24,000 bases of DNA from an uncultured Anaerolineaceae bacterium. GTDB lineage: Bacteria > Chloroflexota > Anaerolineae > Aggregatilineales > Aggregatilineaceae. The number at the start of each line of letters is the position of its first letter. Position 1 is the stretch's first letter. The notes beneath the pieces were generated by a model. That model ran no database searches and was not told the origin of the DNA. It saw only the letters and a program-made list of their open reading frames with translations. Position numbers and translations under genes: made by a program. Location: contig CAYMTN010000041.1 in assembly GCA_964393335.1 (NCBI GenBank), forward strand, positions 1 through 24,000, read 5' to 3'. This document shows positions 8,060 through 15,081 of this stretch, piece after piece.

Positions 8060-9231
8060 GGCAGGTACGGATTTTCCCACCCGCGTGCGTAAGCCTGAAT
8101 CGCCTGGTAGATCGGCTTGATCACGAAATCGGACGACACCAGCGCGTAGTACGCATCGCGGCGGTTGTGCAGGTCGAGCGGCTGGCGGAAAATCCAGATG
8201 CACAGCCGATCCGCCCAGGGCCACTGCTCGGTCATATCGAATGCTTCCAGGGTGTAGGCGATACGCTGGCCGGGACGAACGGCTCTGGCCCAGCGCGGAT
8301 CGTCGTTCCAGCCGCTTTCGGTGATGGTGACTGGCTTGTCACCGTCGCCATATCGCTCCATGATGGCATAGATCAACTCGACACGCCGGAAGTTGATCAC
8401 GTCCGGTGCGGGGGCATCCTGCGGCGCGTTGGTGAAGCCGTAGGTATGCACGGCCAGCGCGTCAAAGGCGGTACCAGCGCCCGCTTCGTACATGCGCTCC
8501 AGGTAGCGCAGATCGTTCATGCCTGCACCGCTGTCTTCCGGTTCTGTGGTAGGGGCCAACGCACCGCCCAGCACGATGATATCCGGGTTGGCCAGGTGGG
8601 CCGCCTGGTAAGCAGCGCGTAGCAGCCGAGTGTACGCTTCAGGGTCCACCGGGCGGTTGCCCCACTCGATGCTGAGATTCGGTTCGTTCCAGATGATCAC
8701 AGCCGAAACTACGCCCTCGTACCGGGCGGTGAACGCACCGACGAAATCGGCAAATGACTCGTAATAATCCTCGGTGAGGTAGGTCAGGTTTGTCACCTTT
8801 TCGTGCACCGGCGGGCGCGCCCAGTCCGGTACCAGGCCCAACCGTGCGATCACGGTCAATCCCTGGTTTTGAGCGTGACGCATAATCCGGTCGGAGAAGG
8901 CCCAATCATACTTGCCGCGTTCGCCTTCGACATAGGGCCAGGGGAAGAATTCAACAATCGTCGCGGCTCCCATGTCTCGCACAAGACTGAGCGTGCGCTG
9001 AATTTTCCATTCTTCGACCTCGTCGGTGAGCCGCGTATGGACACACACGACCGGATGCTGTGTCTCGACGGTTTGCAGCGGCCCCAACTCGACACGCGGC
9101 GGGGCGGGGGCTACCCCGCGCAGTACGGCGAAGACTACCACGACTCGCAGCCCCAGCGCGGCATACCGTTGCACCGGGCGAATGGCGGCCCATAGTCCGC
9201 CATACGTGTTCATGTGGAAATGTGTTGGCAT
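8056..9231 (-). CDS. Glycoside hydrolase, clan GH-A TIM-barrel type (family not assignable by eye), with an N-terminal hydrophobic anchor
   Basis: 391 aa. The acid/base motif is IIWNEPN and the nucleophile motif is VTITESGW. The sequence also shows FPWPYVEGERGKYDWAFSDRIMRHAQNQGLTVIARL. The start is uncertain (ATG at 9231 or 9213) and neither has an SD. Confidence 0.7.
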   Translation of the reverse strand: MPTHFHMNTYGGLWAAIRPVQRYAALGLRVVVVFAVLRGVAPAPPRVELGPLQTVETQHPVVCVHTRLTDEVEEWKIQRTLSLVRDMGAATIVEFFPWPYVEGERGKYDWAFSDRIMRHAQNQGLTVIARLGLVPDWARPPVHEKVTNLTYLTEDYYESFADFVGAFTARYEGVVSAVIIWNEPNLSIEWGNRPVDPEAYTRLLRAAYQAAHLANPDIIVLGGALAPTTEPEDSGAGMNDLRYLERMYEAGAGTAFDALAVHTYGFTNAPQDAPAPDVINFRRVELIYAIMERYGDGDKPVTITESGWNDDPRWARAVRPGQRIAYTLEAFDMTEQWPWADRLCIWIFRQPLDLHNRRDAYYALVSSDFVIKPIYQAIQAYARGWENPYLP

Positions 9232-9240
9232 CGCACAGAG

Positions 9241-9266
9241 GAAAAGGCGCGTCGATACCGTGCGCC
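9241..9266 (-). terminator. Weak terminator-like hairpin between the small-membrane-protein operon and the GH gene
   Basis: On the minus strand, GGCGC-11nt-GCGCC (9246..9250 pairs with 9262..9266) is followed by TTTTCC. The stem is only 5 bp. Confidence 0.25.
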
Positions 9267-9318
9267 GGCATGGCCACCCGGATCGATACGCCCCCAGAAT
9301 TGACGGAAATAACCGGCG

Positions 9319-9558
9319 TTACTTTTTGCCGTTGCTGGCACCCATATCAGTGATCTGGCGAATGATGGACAGCAGCGCTACGGCCAGCTTCAGCGCGTCC
9401 ATCGTGCCGATGCGTCCTGGTTCTACGCCGTGTTCATCGGACACGCGCGCATAGAAATAGGCCGCCAACAAGCCGACGACCAGCCCTGCCAGCCCGCCGG
9501 CAACATAGGTTCTCATCTTGTGACTGGCTACTGGCGTTGATGTGAGATCGCTCGTCAT
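9319..9558 (-). CDS. Small single-pass membrane protein (79 aa), paralogous TM segment to the upstream gene
   Basis: The track ORF extends to 9696. The ATG at 9558 overlaps the upstream stop as ATGA. The product is MTSDLTSTPVASHKMRTYVAGGLAGLVVGLLAAYFYARVSDEHG...ALKLAVALLSIIRQITDMGASNGKK. Confidence 0.6.
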   Translation of the reverse strand: MTSDLTSTPVASHKMRTYVAGGLAGLVVGLLAAYFYARVSDEHGVEPGRIGTMDALKLAVALLSIIRQITDMGASNGKK

Positions 9559-9806
9559 AGACTGATCCCTCCTCGAAGGGAATCTTTGATGCGTTCGAGG
9601 CGGCTCTTGCGCGTTTCGCGCACCGATTGGGCGTAATAATAAGCCGCAATCAGCCCCACAAGCAGCGCAACCACACCGCCGATCAGGTACGCCCACACCT
9701 GGGCATCCTGGTCCTCAAACGTCTTGAGCAGGTCGCCGATCTGTTCTTCGGCGCTCTTGATGAGCTTTCTGCTCTGTTCTTCGACCGTATCTCTGATTTC
9801 ACTCAT
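9555..9806 (-). CDS. Small single-pass membrane protein (83 aa): N-terminal amphipathic helix plus TM
   Basis: The ATG at 9806 gives MSEIRDTVEEQSRKLIKSAEEQIGDLLKTFEDQDAQVWAYLIGGVVALLVGLIAAYYYAQSVRETRKSRLERIK.... It overlaps the upstream gene end (9799) by 8 nt. Confidence 0.6.
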   Translation of the reverse strand: MSEIRDTVEEQSRKLIKSAEEQIGDLLKTFEDQDAQVWAYLIGGVVALLVGLIAAYYYAQSVRETRKSRLERIKDSLRGGISL

Positions 9807-10260
9807 GGTTTGTTTCCTTTTCAACAGATTGTAACCACTCGCGCAGCATCTGTTCCCGGCGCGTGACCTGCACGTTCAGGGCGAGCAGGGGCCGGGCGAG
9901 TTTGGGGGCAAGCTGGTCCGTTTTGAGCGCAATTTGCCCGGTCAGGTTGCGCATCAAGCGCAGCGGGGTTTGCGCGTGCGCGTAACCCTGACCTGCCAGG
10001 ACAGCCAGCATCGCCAGCAGGAAATAGGGCACCAGGCACAAGATCGTCATTGGAATCAGGACAAAAAGTGTCGCCAGCAACCCCATGACCACCGTGATTT
10101 GCCTGCTCTCCAACGATCCGGTAGCGGCGGCCACCGCCAGCACGACACACAGAACCACGAGTGCCATACACGGCAGCGCAACCGGAACGACGATACGCAG
10201 CAGTACGTCGCGCTGGTGCTTGCGGACCGGGTTCGTGCGGCCAGATGCGGTGCTTGTCAT
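9799..10260 (-). CDS. Hypothetical membrane protein (153 aa, about 3 TM helices, helical C-terminal tail)
   Basis: The ATG at 10260 is preceded by a GGGAGA SD (the track start at 10281 is a GTG). Hydrophobic segments are IVVPVALPCMALVVLCVVLAVAAA, VVMGLLATLFVLIPMTILCLV and YFLLAMLAVLAG. I recognise no family. Confidence 0.6.
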   Translation of the reverse strand: MTSTASGRTNPVRKHQRDVLLRIVVPVALPCMALVVLCVVLAVAAATGSLESRQITVVMGLLATLFVLIPMTILCLVPYFLLAMLAVLAGQGYAHAQTPLRLMRNLTGQIALKTDQLAPKLARPLLALNVQVTRREQMLREWLQSVEKETNHE

Positions 10261-10281
10261 GGTTTGATGTCTCCCACCCAC

Positions 10282-10290
10282 ATTCTAGCA
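10282..10290 (-). promoter_or_regulatory. Extended -10 element TGCTAGAAT (minus strand) for the small-membrane-protein operon
   Basis: Plus-strand ATTCTAGCA at 10282..10290 is TGCTAGAAT on the minus strand. It lies about 21 nt upstream of the ATG at 10260, immediately before the GGGAGA SD. Confidence 0.45.
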
Positions 10291-10333
10291 TGGAACCGGT
10301 GATCCACCAATGCAGGTAGATGACCGGTTCCAT
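10290..10333 (-). promoter_or_regulatory. 11-bp perfect inverted repeat ATGGAACCGGT-N22-ACCGGTTCCAT abutting the promoter (operator or RNA hairpin candidate)
   Basis: The arms at 10290..10300 and 10323..10333 are exact reverse complements. Each contains the palindrome ACCGGT. On the minus strand the proximal arm runs directly into the TGn of the extended -10. Confidence 0.5.
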
Positions 10334-10379
10334 ACCGGGGGTAGCCCGTCTCGGCACGTAGCTACGGCAGACTGCCGGG

Positions 10380-11900
10380 CTAGTTTGAGACGCTGACGCG
10401 GAAGTAGTACGTTGCGTCCTGGTTGGCCCACATGACACGCACGCTCATGATATACGAGCCGGGTTCGGGCGTGATCGTAAACAAGATCGTATTGTCGCCA
10501 GGCCGGGTTTCCGGCTGACCGGTCGGCACGCCCGTATCGCTCAGGTATTCGATCCGGATTTCATTGGGCCTCGGACCGGTGATCTTCAGTTGAGCCGCCG
10601 CACCGCGCATCAATTGAATCCGCTCGGTGTTGCCCTGGCCAGTTGGCAGTTCGACGCAGACACGCTCGCCGGATGCCGCCCGTTCGCAGTACTGGTACCC
10701 GGCGGGTGCATGGTTGACGTTGGCAATCATCAGCGCCAGGCTAGGCACCGTGCTGGGAGTTGCCGGGCCGGACGGCGTTACGGTTGGTGGTACCACACTG
10801 GGGACCGGCGTCAGGGTCGGCGCAGCGGTTGGCGGTGCGATAGTCGCCGGGCCTGCAGTCGGCGGCACGATCTGGACCGGTGCCAATACAAACTCGAAGA
10901 CGCCGTTTGAGTTCCAGACCTCGATCCCCGTGCGCTGAATGGTCTGCGTGCCGTAACCGGGCGCGTCGGCGTTGAGCGTGACCTGATCCGTATCATGCAG
11001 CGTGATCGGTCCGAGCGTAAATTGGCCGTTGGCGTCGGTGGTCGTCATCCCGAAACTGTCCTGATCCGGGTACACAATCGAGTTGTGAGTATAACGCACC
11101 TGCGCGCCCGCGACCGTGACCGTCGTGCCGGAATCGGACAGGCGGACGGTTCCGGTGAGCGTGACCTCGCCCAGATCGCCGGTTACCGTGATGAGCGGCG
11201 TGCCCGACGCTTCAGCACCTGCGCCCCCGCCGGCCTCGACCGGCGTGACACTTGGCTCACGTGTCGGGGTCTCAGTCGGCACTTCGGTAGGCGTCGGTGT
11301 GGCAGTGGGCGTATCGGTTGGCGTGGCGGTGAATGTCGCCGTTGGGGTGGGGGTATCGGTCGGTGTCGGTGTCGCGGTGGGCGTGTTGGTGGCGGTGGGT
11401 GTGGGCGTTGGCGAAACGACTCCGGCGACTTGCATCCCGAAGATATAGGAGACATACGACTCGAAGCCTTCCACGTCATCGTATTGGGCATCGACGCGCA
11501 CGCGATACAGGTTATCCAAGAGCTCGATGTTATAGACGCCTGTGCTGTTGGCACCCAGGTCTTGAACATCGCCAAACCCAAGCAGCGTGGCGGTAAACGA
11601 TCTAGGCGGCCCAACCTCGCTGTCGATCACAAATTCGACAGTGTCGCCCTTGGTGATGCTGGCGTTTTTCAGCGGCTGGGCCAGTGCGACGGCATCAACG
11701 TTGCAGGCCTGATTGTCGGGTGCATCCGGCCAGCAGTAACTATATACGTTTTCTTCGTAGGCTGTATCATTCACTTTCAGGTAGACGACTGGCCGCTTGG
11801 CGACAGTGTCAGAATCGCCGCCGCATGCAGCCAGAGCCAGCGTAAAAACAGCCAGGAGCGTGACCAACAGGATAACGGATCGTTTATGCATAATCATCAT
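10380..11900 (-). CDS. Secreted lipoprotein with two Pro-rich linkers, a CarboxypepD_reg-like beta-sandwich and duplicated C-x9-C terminal domains
   Basis: The signal peptide and lipobox read MHKRSVILLVTLLAVFTLALAAC. Candidate starts are ATG 11900, 11897 and 11891, with a GGGGGA SD just upstream. The middle segment TGTVRLSDSG...TTDANGQFTLGPI resembles carboxypeptidase-regulatory-like domains. The track ORF reaches 12011 but would then overlap the yjjX-like gene extensively. Confidence 0.75.
   Translation of the reverse strand: MMIMHKRSVILLVTLLAVFTLALAACGGDSDTVAKRPVVYLKVNDTAYEENVYSYCWPDAPDNQACNVDAVALAQPLKNASITKGDTVEFVIDSEVGPPRSFTATLLGFGDVQDLGANSTGVYNIELLDNLYRVRVDAQYDDVEGFESYVSYIFGMQVAGVVSPTPTPTATNTPTATPTPTDTPTPTATFTATPTDTPTATPTPTEVPTETPTREPSVTPVEAGGGAGAEASGTPLITVTGDLGEVTLTGTVRLSDSGTTVTVAGAQVRYTHNSIVYPDQDSFGMTTTDANGQFTLGPITLHDTDQVTLNADAPGYGTQTIQRTGIEVWNSNGVFEFVLAPVQIVPPTAGPATIAPPTAAPTLTPVPSVVPPTVTPSGPATPSTVPSLALMIANVNHAPAGYQYCERAASGERVCVELPTGQGNTERIQLMRGAAAQLKITGPRPNEIRIEYLSDTGVPTGQPETRPGDNTILFTITPEPGSYIMSVRVMWANQDATYYFRVSVSN
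11241..11414 (-). repeat. Low-complexity Pro/Thr linker-coding tract (imperfect GGTGTNGGC-type repeats on the plus strand)
   Basis: It encodes SPTPTPTATNTPTATPTPTDTPTPTATFTATPTDTPTATPTPTEVPTETPTREPSVTP (residues 200-257 of the track ORF). A second Pro-rich linker (PT/PA/PV) is encoded at about 10740..10871. Confidence 0.85.
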
Positions 11901-12468
11901 TATTCCCCCGCGTGAGTGGATCTGCTTGCGCTTCAGATCGGTCAGAGATCGGATACCAGTCGGGATGTTGAAATGGAGCCAGGGCCAGCCGGATGATAGT
12001 TTCGTAGGCACTCTGGCGAGTTTCCAGGTTGTTGGTAAGAATACCTATCGCGCCGTTGCGCTGCTTGGTGTTGTGCGCCTGCGTGAAGTGGTCCATTGCT
12101 GCGCCTAACTCGCTGCCTTGCCGCACGATAGCAGCCACGGCATCCGGCAGCAGCGCGCACGAATTGCCGCCGACGCCCAGCCGCCCGTGACGGTCGACCA
12201 GTACACACCAGGCCGTTGTGAGCAGCCCAAATTCGGATTCCTGCACACCACCTTCTAACCCAACGGCTAAGTCTGCTCCGGTGTGTTCGAGGGCAGCGCG
12301 GGCACGGTTGAGTGCCCCCGTACGCGTTTCGGCGTCGCCCCAGGGCTGCGCCGAGACGCTGGACGGGGCTTCCAGGCAGGTAAACTCCGCACCCGGATAC
12401 AATGGTTCCAGAACGGCGCGGGTTGCGTTACACTTGACCGGATTGGTCGATCCGATGACAATGCGCAT
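11884..12468 (-). CDS. yjjX: Inosine/xanthosine triphosphatase, YjjX/NTPase I-T family (DUF84)
   Basis: 194 aa. Compared with my recollection of E. coli YjjX it shares IGSTNPVK, SSVSAQPWGDAETRTGALNRA, the GLEGG segment, NGAIGILT and AYETIIRLALAPF. Its 3' end overlaps the lipoprotein start by about 17 nt. Confidence 0.85.
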   Translation of the reverse strand: MRIVIGSTNPVKCNATRAVLEPLYPGAEFTCLEAPSSVSAQPWGDAETRTGALNRARAALEHTGADLAVGLEGGVQESEFGLLTTAWCVLVDRHGRLGVGGNSCALLPDAVAAIVRQGSELGAAMDHFTQAHNTKQRNGAIGILTNNLETRQSAYETIIRLALAPFQHPDWYPISDRSEAQADPLTRGNNDDYA

Positions 12469-12501
12469 CGCTGCTACTCATTCGATAAGATGTGTGACCG
12501 C

Positions 12502-12510
12502 ATTGTAGCA
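12502..12510 (-). promoter_or_regulatory. Extended -10 element TGCTACAAT (minus strand) for the yjjX-led minus-strand gene block
   Basis: Plus-strand ATTGTAGCA at 12502..12510 is TGCTACAAT on the minus strand, followed by GC as in the other copies. It lies about 34 nt upstream of the ATG at 12468. Confidence 0.5.
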
Positions 12511-12566
12511 TTGCCCCTGTAAATTGACTAATTGACTTTTGGCCTATTGGCGAGGGACATCTGAGC

Positions 12567-14264
12567 ATGAATTTCGACGCGGTAACGATCATGGCGCTGG
12601 TGGACGAACTGAACGAAACATTGGCCGGTGGGCGGATTCAAGACAGCGTGCAGATCGATGAAGATAGTTTTGGCCTGGAAGTGTACGCTAATCACCAGCG
12701 TCATTACGTGTTGGCGAGCGCGCACCAGCAGTTTGCGCGGGTGCACCTGGCGGCGGAAAAGCTCCGGCGCGGCGTGCAAAAGCCGTCTCCGCTGGGGCTG
12801 CTGCTGCAGCGATATGCCGAGGGCGCGCGGATTGACGCGGTGCGCCAGCCAGCCTGGGAGCGCGTGGTCATTGTCGATTTGGACGGGCCGGAAGGCGTTT
12901 TTGAGCTGGTCGTCGAGCCGATGGAGCGCCGCGCGAACCTGTTGCTCGTGCGCGACGACGGCACGATTGTGGACTGCGTGCGCCGGGTGGGGCCGCAGGA
13001 CAACCGGGTACGCGTCAGTTTGCCGGGGCACGCGTATGTTCCGCCGCCTCCGCAAAAGCTGAAACGTGATCCGCTGACGCTAACGCCTACCCTGATGGGG
13101 GATTTACTAGATAACGAACCGGGCGAACGCACGCGGCAGGTTCTGACGAAGCGATTGTTAGGATTCAGCCCACAGCTTGCCAAAGAGGTCGTGTTCCGTG
13201 CGACGGGCGCGATCAACACCAGGGCGGCGGACACCAGCGCGCGCGCCCTGCTGGACGTGATCCTGGATTTGTTCGGCGCGTTTGAAGCAGGTCGCTGGCA
13301 GCCCGGAATCGCGGTCGAAGACGGCGCGGTGACGGCGTTTGCCGTATACCCGCTCATGCATCTGGACGGCTGGACACCGTTGGACAGTGCCAGCGAGGCG
13401 GTCGAGCGTTATTACGGCCCGCTGACCGGTGAAGATGCCTACAGCGCCGCGAAAAAACCGGTCCAGGCGGCGCTGGACGAAGCCAAAACGAAGGTGCGGA
13501 AAAAGCTAGATTCGCTGCGTTCGTCGCTGCAAGATGAAGCCGCGCTCGAACATTTGCGGCACAGCGGCGAACTGCTGCTGGCATACCAGTACAGCCTGAC
13601 GCCAGGACAAACCATGCTGCGCACGCCGTATGAGGTTGATGGACCGGAGCTTGAGATCGAGCTTGATCCGTCGCTGACGCCGCTCGAAAATGCGCTGCGC
13701 TATTTTGAAAAATACGACAAGGCTAAGCGTGCCCGCGCGGGCGTGCCGCAGTTGGTCCGTGCTGCCGAGCAGGAACTGGACTATTTGCTTCAGTTGGAAA
13801 TGGATCTTGAGCTGGCGAGTAATTGGCCGGAAATTGGAGAGGTGCAGGATGCACTGCAAAAAAACGGGTACTGGCGTGGTACGCCAACGGTGCGACCCGG
13901 TGGCGGCAAGTCCGGCCCGCTCAAAGTGACCACTGACTCTGGATACGTGATCTGGGTGGGGCGCAACGCCCGGCAGAACGATCAGGTGACGTTTGACAAG
14001 GGCGGCCCGGTCGATTTGTGGCTGCACGCGCGCGGTGTCCCTGGCGCACACGTGATCATCAAATCCGGCGCGGCAGATGTGCCGGACAACGTGATCCGGC
14101 GCGCTGCCGAGATCGCGGCGTATTACAGCCGGGCACGCGCTGAGTCCCGCGTGTTGGTGGACGTGACGCGGCGTAAATACGTGCGCAAAATCAAAGGCGG
14201 CAAACCCGGCATGGTGACGTATCGCAACGAGTCCCCCCTTGAAGTCGCGCCCGCGCTGGACTAA
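12567..14264 (+). CDS. rqcH: RqcH / NFACT-family ribosome quality control protein (FbpA-like, with C-terminal NFACT-R/DUF814)
   Basis: 565 aa. The N-terminus MNFDAVTIMALVDELNETLAGGRIQ is typical of the family. RVHL, a central coiled-coil region and the C-terminal YVIWVGRNARQNDQVTF...DLWLHARGVPGAHVIIKS...AAEIAAYYS are also present. Confidence 0.9.
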   Translation: MNFDAVTIMALVDELNETLAGGRIQDSVQIDEDSFGLEVYANHQRHYVLASAHQQFARVHLAAEKLRRGVQKPSPLGLLLQRYAEGARIDAVRQPAWERVVIVDLDGPEGVFELVVEPMERRANLLLVRDDGTIVDCVRRVGPQDNRVRVSLPGHAYVPPPPQKLKRDPLTLTPTLMGDLLDNEPGERTRQVLTKRLLGFSPQLAKEVVFRATGAINTRAADTSARALLDVILDLFGAFEAGRWQPGIAVEDGAVTAFAVYPLMHLDGWTPLDSASEAVERYYGPLTGEDAYSAAKKPVQAALDEAKTKVRKKLDSLRSSLQDEAALEHLRHSGELLLAYQYSLTPGQTMLRTPYEVDGPELEIELDPSLTPLENALRYFEKYDKAKRARAGVPQLVRAAEQELDYLLQLEMDLELASNWPEIGEVQDALQKNGYWRGTPTVRPGGGKSGPLKVTTDSGYVIWVGRNARQNDQVTFDKGGPVDLWLHARGVPGAHVIIKSGAADVPDNVIRRAAEIAAYYSRARAESRVLVDVTRRKYVRKIKGGKPGMVTYRNESPLEVAPALD

Positions 14265-14268
14265 GCTG

Positions 14269-15081
14269 TCAGTCGGGGATCACGATCTGGTCAAGGTCCG
14301 GTTCCGGATCAGGATAGCGCATATCCAGCCCTTCCAGCGTTTCGACGATGGTATTGGAGATAACCAGGTTACGATACCATTTTTTGTTCGCCGGGACGAT
14401 GTGCCAGGGTGCCCATTCCGTGTGGCAGAAGGTCAGCGCGTCTTCGTAGGCGGCCATGTAGTGATCCCACTGGGTGCGCACTTCCAGATCGGCCCGTGAA
14501 AATTTCCAGTGCTTGTCGGGTTCGTTCAGACGGTCCTCGAACCGTTGTTTCTGCTCATCTTTCGAGATATGCAGGAAGAACTTGAGAATCGTCACGCCGC
14601 TGTCGGCCAACATTTGCTCGAACGCGTTGATGTGATCATAACGGGCTTGCCATACATGCTTGGGTACCAGCTCGTTCACCCGCACGATCAGCACGTCCTC
14701 GTAGTGTGACCGGTTGAAGATGCCGATCGTGCCGCGTCCCGGCGTGTGTTTGTGGATGCGCCACAAAAAATCGTGGTCGAGTTCTTCGGCGGTGGGGACC
14801 TTAAAACTGGTGACCTGGACTCCTTGCGGGTTGATGCCGCGCATCACATGGCGAATCGTGCCATCCTTACCGCCAGCATCCATCGCTTGCAGGATGATCA
14901 ACAGAGCGTGTTTGTGTTCGGCATACAGCACTTCTTGCAGAGCGCTGAGGCGTTCGCGGTTGGTCTGGACCTGTTCGTGGGCGTCGTGTTTGTGCTCGTA
15001 CTCGCCGGAAAAATCAGGATCGTACTCCTTCAAATCGACGCGTTCGCCGATGTCAGGCCGGAGTGGTTGTTTTTTGCTCAT
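14269..15081 (-). CDS. ppk2: Polyphosphate kinase 2 family protein (single-domain PPK2)
   Basis: 270 aa. The P-loop is ILQAMDAGGKDGTIRHV. Further family segments are FLWRIHKHTPGRGTIGIFNRSHYEDVLIVRV, KFFLHISKDEQKQRF and PWHIVPANKKWYRN. The length and N-terminus resemble class III enzymes, but I cannot verify the class. Confidence 0.92.
   Translation of the reverse strand: MSKKQPLRPDIGERVDLKEYDPDFSGEYEHKHDAHEQVQTNRERLSALQEVLYAEHKHALLIILQAMDAGGKDGTIRHVMRGINPQGVQVTSFKVPTAEELDHDFLWRIHKHTPGRGTIGIFNRSHYEDVLIVRVNELVPKHVWQARYDHINAFEQMLADSGVTILKFFLHISKDEQKQRFEDRLNEPDKHWKFSRADLEVRTQWDHYMAAYEDALTFCHTEWAPWHIVPANKKWYRNLVISNTIVETLEGLDMRYPDPEPDLDQIVIPD

Noticed and set aside
8060-8224. 55-aa N-terminal extension of the SBP gene; similar extensions at 9559..9696, 11901..12011, 16310..16342, 17459..17494, 23544..23702 and 17387..17593
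   Set aside because: The extensions overlap upstream genes or promoters. ATGA coupling, SD sites or family-typical N-termini support the internal starts.
10347-10376. 10-bp palindrome CGTAGCTACG and the surrounding GC-rich partial repeats just after the lipoprotein stop
   Set aside because: The flanks do not extend the pairing and no T-tract follows. It may add to a weak 3' structure, but I cannot support it as a terminator or binding site.
11241-11414. Short tandem-like GGTGTNGGC repeats as a possible CRISPR or non-coding repeat array
   Set aside because: They are imperfect, in frame and encode a Pro/Thr linker inside a long ORF. There is no spacer-repeat periodicity.
10995-11915. 306-aa plus-strand ORF opposite the lipoprotein gene
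   Set aside because: Its Arg/Gly-rich sequence is simply the complement of the Pro/Thr linker codons. The minus-strand frame has a signal peptide, a lipobox and domain structure.
12849-12866. RqcH has Glu-Arg (AWERVV) where B. subtilis RqcH, as I recall it, has the functionally important Asp-Arg (LDRIM)
   Set aside because: The Asp-to-Glu change is conservative. The alignment is done by eye from memory, which is not enough to claim altered function.
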